Positions 11,738 to 24,433 of a stretch of 64,000 bases of DNA are shown in pieces. A program made the position numbers and the translations under genes. The stretch covers positions 186,001 through 250,000 of the forward strand of contig NW_026515703.1 of NCBI RefSeq assembly GCF_025526975.1. The letters run 5' to 3'. Under the pieces are notes generated by a model, which was not told where the DNA came from, ran no database searches, and saw only the letters and a program-made list of their open reading frames with translations. This DNA comes from Fimicolochytrium jonesii (taxonomy: Eukaryota). Numbering within the stretch: position 1 is the stretch's first letter; each line of letters starts with the position of its first letter.

Positions 11738-14015
11738 ATGGACCCGCCGGATCAGTATCCCATTGGGCGGCCTCACAGTGGGAGAGACCGTGGAGGCACA
11801 GACAGCAGAGGTGGATACTACTCCCGGGAGGACGATGGTGGTGGGCAGCAGGGCAGCAGGAGGAACGATTATCGCCGGGATACTGAATACAGCACGCGTG
11901 AGACTTATCACAATCACGGGGATGGCGGCCTTGCCGGTGGTGGGAACGGCGGCAAGGATGGTTCGTCAGGACACCGTGACTCGTATGAGTATGGTCGCAG
12001 ATCGCACGACCACCGAGGCGGCGGCAGCCATAGCCATCACCGCGTAAGCCCTTACGGTAGTGGTAATGGTTCCGCCCAGCACGACTCGCGCCGCGTGACT
12101 TTTAGATCATCAGACTCGTTCGACTCCTACGTCCGCTTTCCCACCCGATCCGGGCGCCAGACAGGAAATGAAGGCACGACGGCAGGAATGGCGTTAGGCG
12201 CGACGGATAATACCGTGCGCTGGGATTCCCGAAGGCACTGTTACGTCCCATCGGCCGGCGCGGCAGCGACAGGGCACAATCAATCGAGGCACTTCAGCAC
12301 TAGAAGGGGCGCTGCAAGGGGAATACCTCCAATCAAGGCCGGGCGAGATACGCCATTCCTGCCTTTGACCAGGTCCTGGATACCTGATGAGCCCGAAAGC
12401 AATATGGATGAGGAGAATGGTGAGCGAGTTGTTTCAGACATCATTCCATATCAAGCCGTACTTATGTAACCTTGCGCCATACAGTTCACACTTTCAGGAT
12501 GATGACGTACAACTGCCTCGCACCGTCTCTTTGTGATGCGAACATGTATCTATACAAGTCACAGCAGCGCGCACATGGACGGGAAGTCATCGACTTTTAC
12601 ACCCGGGGCCCCAGGTTGATCAAGGAGATTGCAGGTAAATTGCACTCATATCTCAAATGAGTTTACGAGGCGGGGACCTTACACATTCAATCTTTCTCGG
12701 CAGCCCAAGATTGCGACATCATATGCCTGCAGGAGGTGGATGAGCGCCACTTCACTTCTTTCTACGAGCCACAATTGAAAACATACGGATATGAAGGGAC
12801 CTTCGTTCCTTGTACTGGGACAAAGACGGATGGATCGGCAATCTTGGTCAAAACAAGCCAGTGCGTATAATTGGTTTATCGATTTTCGAAGTGGGTTGCA
12901 GAGGTTTCTGACCTCTTCTTTGTTCTTTTTCAAGGTTCACTATGGTCGAATTCCGTCATGTTCAATACCATCCACACAAACACAACGTTGGTATTGTTTG
13001 CATTCTTCAGTCAGTAAAGACAGGTGGGTGGCGCTTCATATTCCCGCGTGGAATGATGGCTTTCCTTCCTCATAGCTGTACTCATCTATCTGAATACCCA
13101 GGTCGGCCGATATGCATCACGACCACGCACATCCTTTGGTCACCCAAAGGCGGCGAAACTAAACTTGCGCAGCTCATGCTTCTCATGCAGAACATGAAAC
13201 ACTTGATTGAGCAGCATGAAGTGGTTTACGGCATGAACCTGCCCGTTCTGTTGTGCGGAGACTTCAACATCAACCCTGGCAGTTTCATCTACAACTTTTT
13301 GCGAGCAGGCCGTGCGGACATGAAGTCCGCCATCCCCAAAACCATGTCAGGCCAACTAGCCGACAAACGTCGAGGCACCGGGCTGGCGAAAGCGACATGG
13401 TCGGTCATCAAGGGCATGTTCCCCCTCAGCGTCTTTGCAGCCTTCCCGCAGATCGGCGGCGACACCACCGTACAAGCCGACGGCTGGCTGGACTGGTGCT
13501 CCATCCCCACCTACTCGGGCACAGCGGCCAACGGAGCCTGGATTCACCAGCCCTCTGACTCCGGCTACCCACCCGACACATCAGACGCTCCCCTCATCGC
13601 CCGCCACCCCTTCCATTTTCTCTCCGTCTACGCGCCCTACAACGACCCGACCACCGGCGAACCCTACTTCACCACCTGGCACGAAGCGGACCAAGAAGTC
13701 GTCGATTTCATCTTCATGGGCGAGCTCCGCAACGAAGCACGCTCCCGCGCAACGACCACCACCCGTTTCGTACCGGGAGAATCAACCCTCAGCGCCGACG
13801 GCCTCAACCCCAGCCTCTCTGTGACGCAAGCCGATGCGGCGCCGCAGCAGATGACGCTGCTGGAGTGTCTGAGATACCTGAAACCGCCCCGCGCGAGTGA
13901 GACGGAGAAGATGCCGAATGCGAATGTGCCGAGCGATCATGTGATGCTGGTGGCGGAGTTTAGGCTTAGTGGGGCGAAGGGGTTTTGTGAGGAATTTGGG
14001 GATTTGGGGTTTTAG
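11738..14015 (+). CDS. EEP-superfamily CCR4/nocturnin/Angel (Ngl-like) phosphatase, multi-exon
   Basis: Motifs MTYNCLA, DIICLQEVD, KTDGSAI, TTHILWSPKGGETKLAQL (Angel-like), LCGDFN, VDFIF and PSDH. Confidence 0.88.
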
Positions 14016-14436
14016 GGGATGCCCCTTTTTGGAGTGGAAGCGAGGCGATGCGGTGGTTGGAATGATACCCATAGGTGGAGCGTAGGCCGGTTCATGAGAC
14101 GCCGACGATCATGGATGCCCGAAAAGTAACGCACGCTCTACTCGACACCGCTCTAAACCTCGAAAATACCCTCACACATATCGCCGTCAACTCCCTTCCT
14201 TACTCGCAAATCTCATGCCTTTCTGTCGTTGTTCTTGTATAGGGCGTTTTTGTTTGCAGATCTTTCTTGTCTATAGCGCATTGAGATATGCTGTGCGTAG
14301 TTTGCAGATATGGATAGGGAGTTCGCATGCGTGTTTTCGTAAAGGTTCGAGGGGAGTTCATGTACATACTGTATATACAAAATTTTGCAGCTTTCACATC
14401 GCCCCTTCGTAGTGCTGCTACTGCACGATTTTTCCA

Positions 14437-15988
14437 TCACAGCTTCCACGCAACAACAATCCCATCATCCCCCGACCCCAGCACCACATCATCCTCCACG
14501 ATCCGGATGTCGCGTAGAGCGTTCCGGATCCCCTCAGCGCGTGCATCCAGCACCGCAACCGTATTTCCCCCCTCAAGATCAACCGCCCGCACAACCCCAT
14601 CCCCAAACGCACACACTCCGACACCTTGTTGTGTCACCGCCATCGCATAAACACTCGCCCTTGGACTCCCCACCTCCTGCGCAGGTACATCAACCACCTG
14701 TACTGCCCTCACCACAGCGAGCGAGTCCGCATCCACAACCTTCACGGTCCCATCCCCACCCCCCGTCGTCACCAACCCCCCACCCGGAATCGCCAACAAG
14801 TTCGTAACCCCACCTCTATGCAAACTCTCATTCTTGCGCACACACCTCCCCCGCTCCGCAGACACGCGCAAATCAAACCTCCGCAAACACCCATCCAAGT
14901 TCCCCGCCGTCGTCAATATCTCGGGACACGACACAGCCGTCACCACATGCCGCGTCGCCCCCTGATGCGCCTGGATACTCGTCACCGGCCGGCTCATCGC
15001 AACCCCCGTATCGAACACGCATATCCGCCCGGACTTCGTAAGCGAGACCAGCCTGGCCCCGTCCCAGCGGAACCCCAACACCGGGTTCCGTGTCGCGGCC
15101 ATGTAGTCGCCGCGGGCGAGGGCGCCGTCGATGTCGCCGCCCCAGATTGCGAGCGGCGTGTGGGTGCGGAGGGACCAGGCGCGGAGGGTGCCGTCGTAGG
15201 AGGAGGACACAGCGATCGAGGAGGGCCCAGAGGAGCAGGCGAGATGGGTGATGGAGCCCTGGTGGCCGTGCAGGGGGGTGCTGGTCGGGAGGGTGGGGTG
15301 CCAGAGGTGGAGGGTGGAGTCCATTCCTGGGGGTTTTGGAGGGGGGGGGGGGGGGGGGGGGGGTTCAGTGTTTTATTTTCCGACAAATAAATGTGGGGAA
15401 TGGGACACCTCACCCCCGCTGACGACCCCGCCTCCACCCGGCACATACGCGCAACACGTCACCCACTCCGAATGCCCCGCCGTCTTCCCGTACAGCGTGC
15501 GCACCGTCCGCAATCCCACCCCCGGCCCACCCACCACCCCCCGCACGACGGTCGCCTCGTACAACGCGTGGTCGGCGCACCCAACCACCATACACCTCTT
15601 ATCGTGGTCGTAGTCGGCGCACATCAAGGGCCGGTCGGAGAGGGGGAGGGTTGACGTGGGTGGGATGATCGGTGTCTTTGGAGATCGGGTGGTGGGGAAG
15701 GCGAGGGATGGGAAGGGTGCGTCGGGCGAGTGGAGGGCGTATGCGGTCCCGCCGCCGGTGGTGTGGGGGAGGTGGGTGGGGAGTGCGGGTGGATCTGGGA
15801 TGTGCAACATAAAGGCGGAAATGGTCAGTGGCGTTTCGGATGTGGAAAAGGGCAGTTTCTCTTTTTATGCTTTGCTTTGGGGCCTTACCGTTGGCGGCTT
15901 TGACGACTTGGTTCGATACGCTGGGAGACGATGGTCCGCGGCCTTTTGGTGTGGGGCCGGCGCCTCGTGCGTTGATGGATTTGCTCAT
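14437..15988 (-). CDS. WD40-repeat protein, 3 exons
   Basis: Phase-compatible introns join MSKSINARG..., GHSEWVTCCAY...SGGMDSTLHLW, GHQGSITHL...SSSYDGTLRAW, HRGGVTNL...TGGGDGTVKV and GSGDDGIVVAWKL. Confidence 0.85.
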
Positions 15989-16725
15989 GTTTGCTGTGCA
16001 AGCGTGGTGCCAGATCGGACGTCTGGAAATACGAAAACGGGTGGCAGCAAGCGGAAAGTTGAGGGAGGCCTCACGCGTCATGGAGCGGACGGGGAGAGCG
16101 CGCTGTCAAAAGGCCGTCAGTCCAGCCGTGTTCACATTCCTTCTCTTAACGACAGCCCCAACGAGTTCCGCCCGGAACCGACCCGCAAACCCTCACCCCA
16201 CGCACTCTCTCGGTTCATGCGTGCACAGCCGACCGCGGGTTCATCGTGGGACTCACACCCTGATCCGCGAATGCGGCGGGCGGCGAGCGGTCCGCAACTT
16301 ATCAAAACCAGTCAGCCCCATTTGGGAGGCTGTGACATGCACGGGGGGAATGAAGTCGGACTCGTACCTCCGGCGACACTGTTCAAATGGTTTTCGCATT
16401 CGGCATTTCATGTAACAACCCACGGCTTCTAGTACACACACCTTTCTCATTTTACAAACGATCATAGAAAAGCGTATATGGTAGTATCAGTAACGCCGTA
16501 AAACGAAAACAAAAACATTCAGTATCAGTCTCAGTCTCAATGTCTACACAAAAAATCTAGCAACATGCATGCATGCAAAAAAAAAACAAGCCAAAGGTCT
16601 AAAGTAAACGCTACGCATAACAGTATCGCTACGGCTAAAGCCAGGTGAGGGTACTGACAACAAAGCCCAAAGCCACAAAAAAAGTGAAAGAGTCCGATAC
16701 GCCGTTCGAGAAGAAACAAGAGTAT

Positions 16726-19700
16726 TCACCACCTCCCGCGTCTCGCAACCGCCACGCCCACCGCCAACCCCGCAGCCGCCACAACCGCAATCGGCACACC
16801 GGCCGCCCGATACACCGTCATCATCGCGTGTCCGATATCATGCGCGGTGTGCTGATCGTCGACGGTCGATGTTTCCGGTCCCAGGAGTGGCGTGAACGAT
16901 GTCGCAAAGTCGGGGGAGCTCGTTGAGGAGGCCGAGGAGGCGTGGAAGAGGGTTGTTGCGAGGAGGGTTCCGAGTGTTAGACCGACTATTGAACAACGAT
17001 AATGCATTGTCAGTGATGCAGTACAGTGGCAAACGAGTGATATGAGATTATTTTTTTTTTCAACGTACCAACAACACCACCCCCAACCCACGCACTCCTC
17101 CCGCCATCCCTCGGATCGCTTTCCCCTTCCTCACCCAGCACAGCAACCAACGCCACAGCGGCGCCCAGGATCGCCACGACTCCAAAACACACCGCCGCGA
17201 ACCCACCCCCGCTTGCTGGGCCGGTGGCGTCCACGTCCACAGCCATCAGCACGGCGCCGGCGACTGCGATCACCGCGCCGGGGAGGGCTGCTCTGTTCAA
17301 CGCGCTGGAAACGGTCGAGAAGTGGCTGGAGCGGTTGGGGAGTGCGAGGAGCAACACAATGGTGCTCGCGGCCAGCGCGGTGCCGATGAGGGGGTACAGG
17401 ATGGACGGCGAGGGCGTGCATCCACACAGTGAGACGCTGAGGGGCGGGTATCGGGCAAAGACCGCGAATGCGGCGATCGCAAAGGTCTGTGCGGCGATGG
17501 AGGCCAGTAATGGTGTTGTTGTTCCCGCGATTCCCGAGGCGGTGGAGATGAAGCGGTGGGCAGCGATGGAGAGGGAGAGGAGGGCGAGGAGGAGGAAGAG
17601 GCCGAGGATGCCGCCCCAGACGGGTCGGGAGACGGCGGTGGTGGGGGACGCGATATCCAGCGCGTCGAGTTTCGGGTCCGCGGCGCGTTTGGTGAGGGTG
17701 GTGTTGCTGGCTGACGCGGCGGGGACGACGTTGGCGTTCTTCAAGCGGCATTGGGTGAGGATGGCGTACCGTTCCGCATCGGCGTCACCGAGCGGGCCGC
17801 TATTGTCGCCGTTAATGTCGCCCGGTTGCCCGCCGCCGCCGCCGACCGCTGAGGGTTGTGGTTGGCTCGCAGTGAAACTCGGTGCGCCAACACCGGAAAC
17901 AATGGCGGTAGGCGCGGGCGTGATCCCCGAACTCGCCGTAGCAGACGTACCACTCACAGTCCCGCTCGTCCCTGGCGTCCTCGATGGCCCCACCGTGGGT
18001 GTGATAACCACCGTGCGTGACCCGACAACCGTCGTAACAGGCCCAGGAGCGGTGGGCGTGATAATCACCGTGCGCGACCCGACAACGGTCGTAACAGGCC
18101 CCGGAGCAGTAGGCGTAATCACCACGGTGCGCGACCCGACAACAGTCGTAACCGGGCCCACAGTCGCTTCCGGTATGCCCCCTGTCACCGTCGGAGGTAT
18201 CGCCGTCGTACTCCTCCAAGCGCCACTCACAAACGTCCACCCGGGTCCATGCCTCACAATCACCGCCCCAACCTCATTCGCCTCATTCGCGTCATTCCCA
18301 CCCGCCTCGGTCGGCGGCCGCATCCCGCCCCACACAATCGCAGCCGCCAGCAACGTCAACGCCACCGCCAGCAGGGCGCTCGTCACCAATCCCGCGCCTT
18401 TCCTCCCTGTTGTCGTCGATGCGGGCGGGTAGAGATGTCTCCTCATCCGCGTCTGCCACATCAACGCGCCCGCAAGCAGCGTGGCGCCGCCCGCCAAAAC
18501 CGCCGGGATCCCAAACACCCACTTCCAATTCCCCTCCCCGCTCCTCAACAGCGCATGCGCCCACACAGGCCCAACAACCAACCCAACCACCACAGCGACC
18601 AGAACCAAAAACGAGTACAGCACCGTCCGTCGCGTCGTGTTGTTCTTCCGGATCACCGAGAAGGACAGCGGGAGGACGCCCCCGCTGACGAGGCCGGCGC
18701 ACGCGTGCAGGAGGATGACGGCGTTCCAGGAGGTCGTGGCCGTGTTGAGCGCCGTGAAGAGTGTAAGGAGGATGAGTGAAAACGTCAACGGGCGTGATGG
18801 ACTACCAAAAGGGGAAAAAAATCAGGGGTCAGCAAAAAGCCCTATAACTTTTTATCATTTGAGAGTGCAGAACACAGGATTTTTTTTTCGGGTTGGTTAC
18901 GTACCCCAGCATACCGCCGATATAAATCCAAACAGGCACTCCCCCGACCCCCGGCACCAGAAACGCCATTTGCGGAAAGCCCGCGGCCATCATGCTCGTC
19001 AGCCCGGGTCCGAACGGTGGGGCGCGGATCATCATTGCTGCTGTCAGGTTCAGGACTGACCAGGTTGAGATGTACGCGAGGGATGCGGCGAGGGATACGA
19101 GGAAGGCGAGGAGGCCCGGACGGTTTTGGTGGGTTGTTGTTGTTGTTGTGAGGGGGTTGGGTTGCGGGTGGGAAAGGGAGGAACGGGGAGGGGCGGCTTC
19201 GACGTCTTGAACTTGGTAATGGTGGGGTTCCGGGGGTTCGGTGTCTGTTCTATCACTGTATCGACGGGCCCACATGTCATCATCTTCATGTTGCCGCCCG
19301 TCTCCCAGAGTATGATGCGAAACATCGTTCTGCGATTTACTAAACTGGTGTTTGGTGCCCAGGCCCGCCGCATACCCAGTCGGCCTGCTAGCAATATCGA
19401 GGGATAACCGTCTCTGCTGCTGGCCTTTGGACGCCTCCAACCACCTCGGCAACCCCCTTGCAACCGGCTTCACATACGCCCCCGGATCAGTCACCGCCAC
19501 CTCGGCCCGGGCGGCAATCACGTTGCGCAGATGGCTCATGAGCGAGGACGTCGATGCGTTTAAGTCGTTGTGGGCCATCATAACCTGGTGACCCGTATCC
19601 TCGGCGGATTTTCCAGTATACATCGCCTCCGTGACATCCTGGGACCGACGCAGATCGCCAACCCCGCTATCGACAGCGGTGCCGACCCCGCTCGTGCAGG

Positions 19701-21854
19701 TGTCGGAGTAAGTGGAGTTACGGACGGTATATTGAATGGCATCCGTGTTCAGGGTCCCCCCGTTAGGTGACAGTTGCCCCCGGGCGTTCATGATCTTGGC
19801 AGATATCGCTTTGGCTGCCGAAAACTGGGGTTGTTGTGGTCGGTCAAGTGTGTCGTTACCGTAGGATCCCAGAATCTCGCTTACCGCGCGTGCTGCATTC
19901 ACGTCCTGTGATGGTTCACGGGAAATGCTGTCGACGCCCTGCTCCTGCGAGATCCTGAGGGACCGAGTACGTCGTTTGAGATGGGGACGCGGGCCGGGCT
20001 CGAAGCCGCCGTCGACTGGTTCTGCAGCGGGTGGGGCGATGGGCGGGGTCGCTTGTTTGACGTCTAGTGGAGGTATCTCGGTAAGATGGGCTGTGGACGC
20101 GTCGGTCTTTGGTTTTGATGGTGCCGTGTCTGTAACCACGACCGTAGCATCGGCACCAGAGGGAAGAACCTCGGTGACGGGCGTGGAGGGTACAGGTAGT
20201 ACATGAAGCGTGGTTTTAGGCGTGTATGAGATATCGGAAGTACACGCCTGAGCTGTCGGCAAGATAAACTCCGGAACAATCGCGTCGGTGGATTTAGTGA
20301 TCCCGTCTACCTCGCGGTGCGCGTTGATTTCGATTTGAGATGTATAGCCCTGCGCTGTCGGTACGATGAACGTCGGGACGATCGTTTTGCACGAGCTGCT
20401 GATTCCATCTACCGACCGGTGGTGGGCGTCCTCTTCGACTTTGACTTCCGAACGGCGAGCCTGAGCAGTCGGCAGAATGAACGTCGGTCGAATCGCATCA
20501 GCACTCTGCACAACCTGATCAACCGCCCGGCCCTTGCTCCCCTCCACATCCACAGCAGCCACGGCGGCGACGGGGAGGATATACTTCACACCCAATGCCG
20601 ATTGGGACGTTTGACGGCGGATGGAATGAGCAGGGGATACGGGTGTATGAATGGTTTGTCCGGTCGCGTCCGGCATGATGGTGTTGAGCCACATCTGTAC
20701 GTCCTGTCGCCGATCAGCGAGTTCAGATTTTGCCAGATGGCGTTCGGAGAGTTCACCGGCTGTTCGCGCATGCTCTGGGACGAAGCGGGGCGATCGTTCT
20801 TCGATTGCAACGTGACTCTCGGCAGGAATAGGCGGGGCAGGTAAGGGCGGCGGCACGACGTTATTGATCCTATGCCCAACACCTAACCCAAGTCCAATCC
20901 CCACAAGGCCATACCGATGTCGATTGCGCATGGCCGCCTTTGACAGATTCACAGGCTCTGATCGGGTGGTGAGCACCGTCTCGCCCGACGTGGATTCCGC
21001 GTCCTCGCTCTCATACGCGTATTCGGATGTGGGGTATTTCGCTAGGATGCGGGACGGGGACGATGTGGTGCTCATGGCGTCGGTGCTGATCGTGCGGCGG
21101 AGGAAGGAGGAGGTTGGGGCCGAGGTGCCGTTGCCTGGTTTTTGGCGACGTGGTTTGAGGCGGAATGGGGATGAGGCGGTGCCGACGCCGGCGAGGAAGG
21201 GGAATTTGAGGGCGTCTTCTTGGGAGTCATCGGGGGTGTGGGTGTGTGGGGACCGCGCGGGTGAGGACACTCGGACTGGTCTCTTCCTCGTTGCTTCCCG
21301 GTACCTAATAAATGAGCGAGAGTCGGATGGATGAGTAAAGCAACGGAAGAGAAACGAACGAAGCAAGGTTGGCTGGTTAAGTTGGTTGGCTGGTGGGTCC
21401 ATGGTTCGGTGGATGGTTGAAACGACATCCTGCTCGCTCCGCTCGCGACGAAGAGGTTAGGCTGCGTGTGCTGAGCTCGCTTCGCTCGCAAAGAACTAAC
21501 CCTCGCCGGCGCTCGCTGAGAACTGCAGTTATGGGAAACGTTGCGCCTTTGGCGCAATAGGAACTCGCTCCGCTGGCTCCCTCCACTTTGCGGTACCTAC
21601 CAAAAAGGCGTTGTCGTCCCCTCCCCACTCTCCAGCACAGGCGGGGTCGGAAACGGCACCCCCACCCCGAGTCCCACGGGATATTCCTTCGTCGCGGTGA
21701 CGTGCCAAGGAAAACTCTCTGGCAGGTCACCGTTCTCTAGTCGGAGAGGGGTTGTTGGGGTTGCGTAGTGGTGCCATGGTTGAGAGTTGTCGTTGGAGGA
21801 GGAGGAGGTGGTTGTGGTGGGGTGAGTGTCTGAGGGGGAGTGTGGGTCGGCCAT
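16726..21854 (-). CDS. Divergent MFS-like multi-pass membrane protein with very long disordered N-terminus, 4 exons
   Basis: Exon 1 (21854-21601) splices in frame (TPF-W-YREA) across intron 21600-21305. About 12-14 hydrophobic segments follow, with MFS-like motifs (CAGLVSGGVLP, GLVVGPVWA, GNWKWVFGIP). The last exon ends ARRGRW*. Confidence 0.65.
17989..18164 (-). repeat. Three 57-bp coding tandem repeats (GPVTTVVGSRTVVITPTAP)
   Basis: Read directly. Differences between the units are almost all synonymous. Confidence 0.9.
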
Positions 21855-22345
21855 TGGGTGGAGTGTGGGAATTACGGCGGAACTTGAGTGGGTTTCTTGA
21901 AGGAAAGGTAGTGATGCGAGAGCGCAAGAGGTCTTTTGCTTTTGTGACGATAGAGGTAGGGCTGGTGGGGACTCTATGTCGCCATGTGCTGTGTCGTCCT
22001 ATCCTGCCCTGGGTCTTCCCAGTCCGCCTGTTGCGTTGCAAGGCTGCAGGGACGCTGCCCAAAGTCCCTCCCAAAATTGAGCGCAAGCAAAGCCTCCAAT
22101 CGATTAAGTTGCTACCCCCCACGAATGACGCGCCTCAACTGGTAACTCAACTCAACTCAACTCAACGCACTCAACTCCCTCCCTCAACGTCATCCCTCCA
22201 CCCAACCCTGTCTCGCAACATAATAAGAATACCGTCTGAAGCGCCAGGTAGCGCCGGACAGAGAGACATAAACGCAGACGGTCTTCCATAGCATAGAAAA
22301 ATCACACCTCCAAAGAACACCCGCAACGATGCTCAAAACAATCCC

Positions 22346-22585
22346 TGCGGCGCCGCGGCTGCGACCGCATCAACACAGCTCGTGCCTGACGTGCATCTGT
22401 TCCCGGGACATATTGCCTGTGATTCGAATACCGAGAGCGAGTTGGTGGTGCCGATTGTGGTGGGTGGGAGAGTCGTGGGGGTGTTGGATATTGATTGTTT
22501 GGTTAAGGGGTTTGATGAGGAGGACCGGGTGGGTGTGGAGAGGTCGGTAAAGGTGTTGGTTGAGACTGCCGGATTGAAAGAGTGA
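22346..22585 (+). pseudogene. 5'-truncated GAF-domain free methionine-R-sulfoxide reductase (fRMsr/MsrC-like) fragment
   Basis: CGAAAATASTQLVPDVHLFPGHIACDSNTESELVVP...VGVLDIDC...FDEED is the C-terminal half of fRMsr. An in-frame stop lies about 20 codons upstream, and no NWAGFY or GPFQG segment was found. Confidence 0.7.
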
Positions 22586-22864
22586 ATAGAGAGGAAGGGT
22601 TGGGGGATGAAATGGCAGGACATTTCGTCTGCATCTGATTTCTCTTCACTCGTTTGGACCAGAGCCAATCACCTTCTAATGTATTTGGCAGGGATAGACC
22701 TCGCCCGTGCTGAGACTCACTCTGTGTATGGTACGGGAAGACAGAAAACCAGGCCGGAGCCCGCCCCAGAAGCAACAGATATCCTACAATCTGATAAGAA
22801 GGTTCCTCGAGGGTTGCCACCACCGTACAGGTCTCCATTCTAGAAGAGGTCGCCCTTTCAACCA

Positions 22865-22937
22865 GCTTCCTTAGCTCAGTTGGGAGAGCGTTAGACTGAA
22901 GATCTAAAGGTCTCGCGTTCGATCCGCGAAGGGAGCA
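22865..22937 (+). tRNA. trnF-GAA: tRNA-Phe(GAA), intronless, copy 1
   Basis: Full cloverleaf: acceptor GCTTCCT/AGGGAGC, D arm GCTC/GAGC with G20, anticodon loop CTGAAGA, TTCGATC T loop, discriminator A. A downstream T run marks the terminator. Confidence 0.97.
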
Positions 22938-24360
22938 TCTAATTATCTTTTTTTCCTTTTCATTCTGGCATCCCTCTCGGCCTCCTTCGTCCCTTTTCCT
23001 TCTCCTTTTTCGCTTCTGAAGCCCCGCCCAACCCCAACCATAATATGCACCGCCGGCTTCTGAGCGACACACATGCATCTGGACGACGCATCTCGCACCT
23101 TTGCGCCCGTCTCGGAATCGAACAATCCCTACCGGTTCTCCTGGAAAAATCCATGGCGAAATGGATAAATCATATCGAGACCGGCTGAAGCCACGAGAAT
23201 GTATACCAAGGTGTACAAGTCCACTTTGGCATCGCTCTGCTTTCTCGTGCCAAAATGATCCGGATCCTCGACCAGCGATTTCCATGCGGACTCGATTCCC
23301 TCGTGGATGATGCTCAGAAAAAGTACTTCCGCAGAAAATACTCCGTTATGCATAAGAAGGAGTATTATCCCACTGTCACCCCATGCGTACAAACGTAAAA
23401 GTGACACCGCCAAACAATCAAAACACAGTCCTGCTGGACCGCACTCGCGCAGTGGACAGTACGTGGGGAGATCTCAGAATGGGCGTATCGATCTCCCTGC
23501 CTCTCCCATTACACGGAAAGCGAGCGGCTCTGCCATTTGAGCTCACTTCCCCGGGATGAAGCGTGCATTTTCCGCGTACTTCTCAACGCTCATCCCTGTC
23601 CCTATCGCTAACCGCTACTTTGCCTTTCACTACCCCTAGATCGTCTACCTATCCCTATACCCAAGCCGTATCCCCCTACGCTACCCCTCCCCTCCTACAC
23701 ACCGAGCTCCACCTCCACCTTCACCCAGCCCTCCACGCGCGTTCCCTCCCAACAGCCACCCTCACAACTCTACCCTGCCTCACCACAAGGTACCTCCACA
23801 ACGCCGCCTCGTACGGCCCATACAATATCTGCTTGACGGGGGGCATGTTGGGATGGGCTAGGTTGTCTGGGTAGGTCGTGTAGGTGTAGTGTTGTAGTTG
23901 TCGTCACTGCACCCCGCTATCCTCAACATCACGCGAGGAATACGACACAAAGGCCTGCGTGATGCGCCCCCAAGTTCGTTCGTCGCTCGTGGCTTCCAGA
24001 TGCGTAGGGGTTGAGCAGTCGTAGGGTGCAATGCGAGACGGCGGCGGCGAGAAGTGTGAAGTGTGCGTCAAGATGCGTCCCATCTAGCGTCTAGCCGTGC
24101 AGTGTATGCGGTGAAACCGAGCGAAGGTGTGGTTGCTGTGTGTGCGAAGTACTTCCATGCGTCCGTGGGTGATTCCAAGCCGAGTGCCCATGATGGCCAA
24201 CAGGAAGCTTGTTCTTTCTTGGCTCTAACTGCGAGGGGGAGCCTGTTCAGGGAAACGCCACGCGCAAAAGGGAGGTGCATCGGGCGTCATAGGGTCACTT
24301 CCATGCCGGGTCACGACGTAAAAAGAGTGGCCACAATCTCGGCAGGCAGAATTTCAATCA

Positions 24361-24433
24361 GCTTCCTTAGCTCAGTTGGGAGAGCGTTAGACTGAAGATC
24401 TAAAGGTCTCGCGTTCGATCCGCGAAGGGAGCA
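24361..24433 (+). tRNA. trnF-GAA: tRNA-Phe(GAA), copy 2
   Basis: Identical 73 nt to copy 1, followed by oligo-T pol III terminators. Confidence 0.97.

Noticed and set aside
21299..21600. 9-bp direct repeat (TAGGTACCG, transcript sense) at both ends of MFS intron 1 as a TSD
   Set aside because: The reconstructed empty site would have 4 extra bases and an in-frame stop. The repeat overlaps splice consensus and has no counterpart in the HSF intron.
22503..23285. ORFs sharing the peptide CSLRGSNARPLDLQSNALPTELRKL (also 24311-24544)
   Set aside because: This is simply the antisense translation of the identical tRNA-Phe genes.
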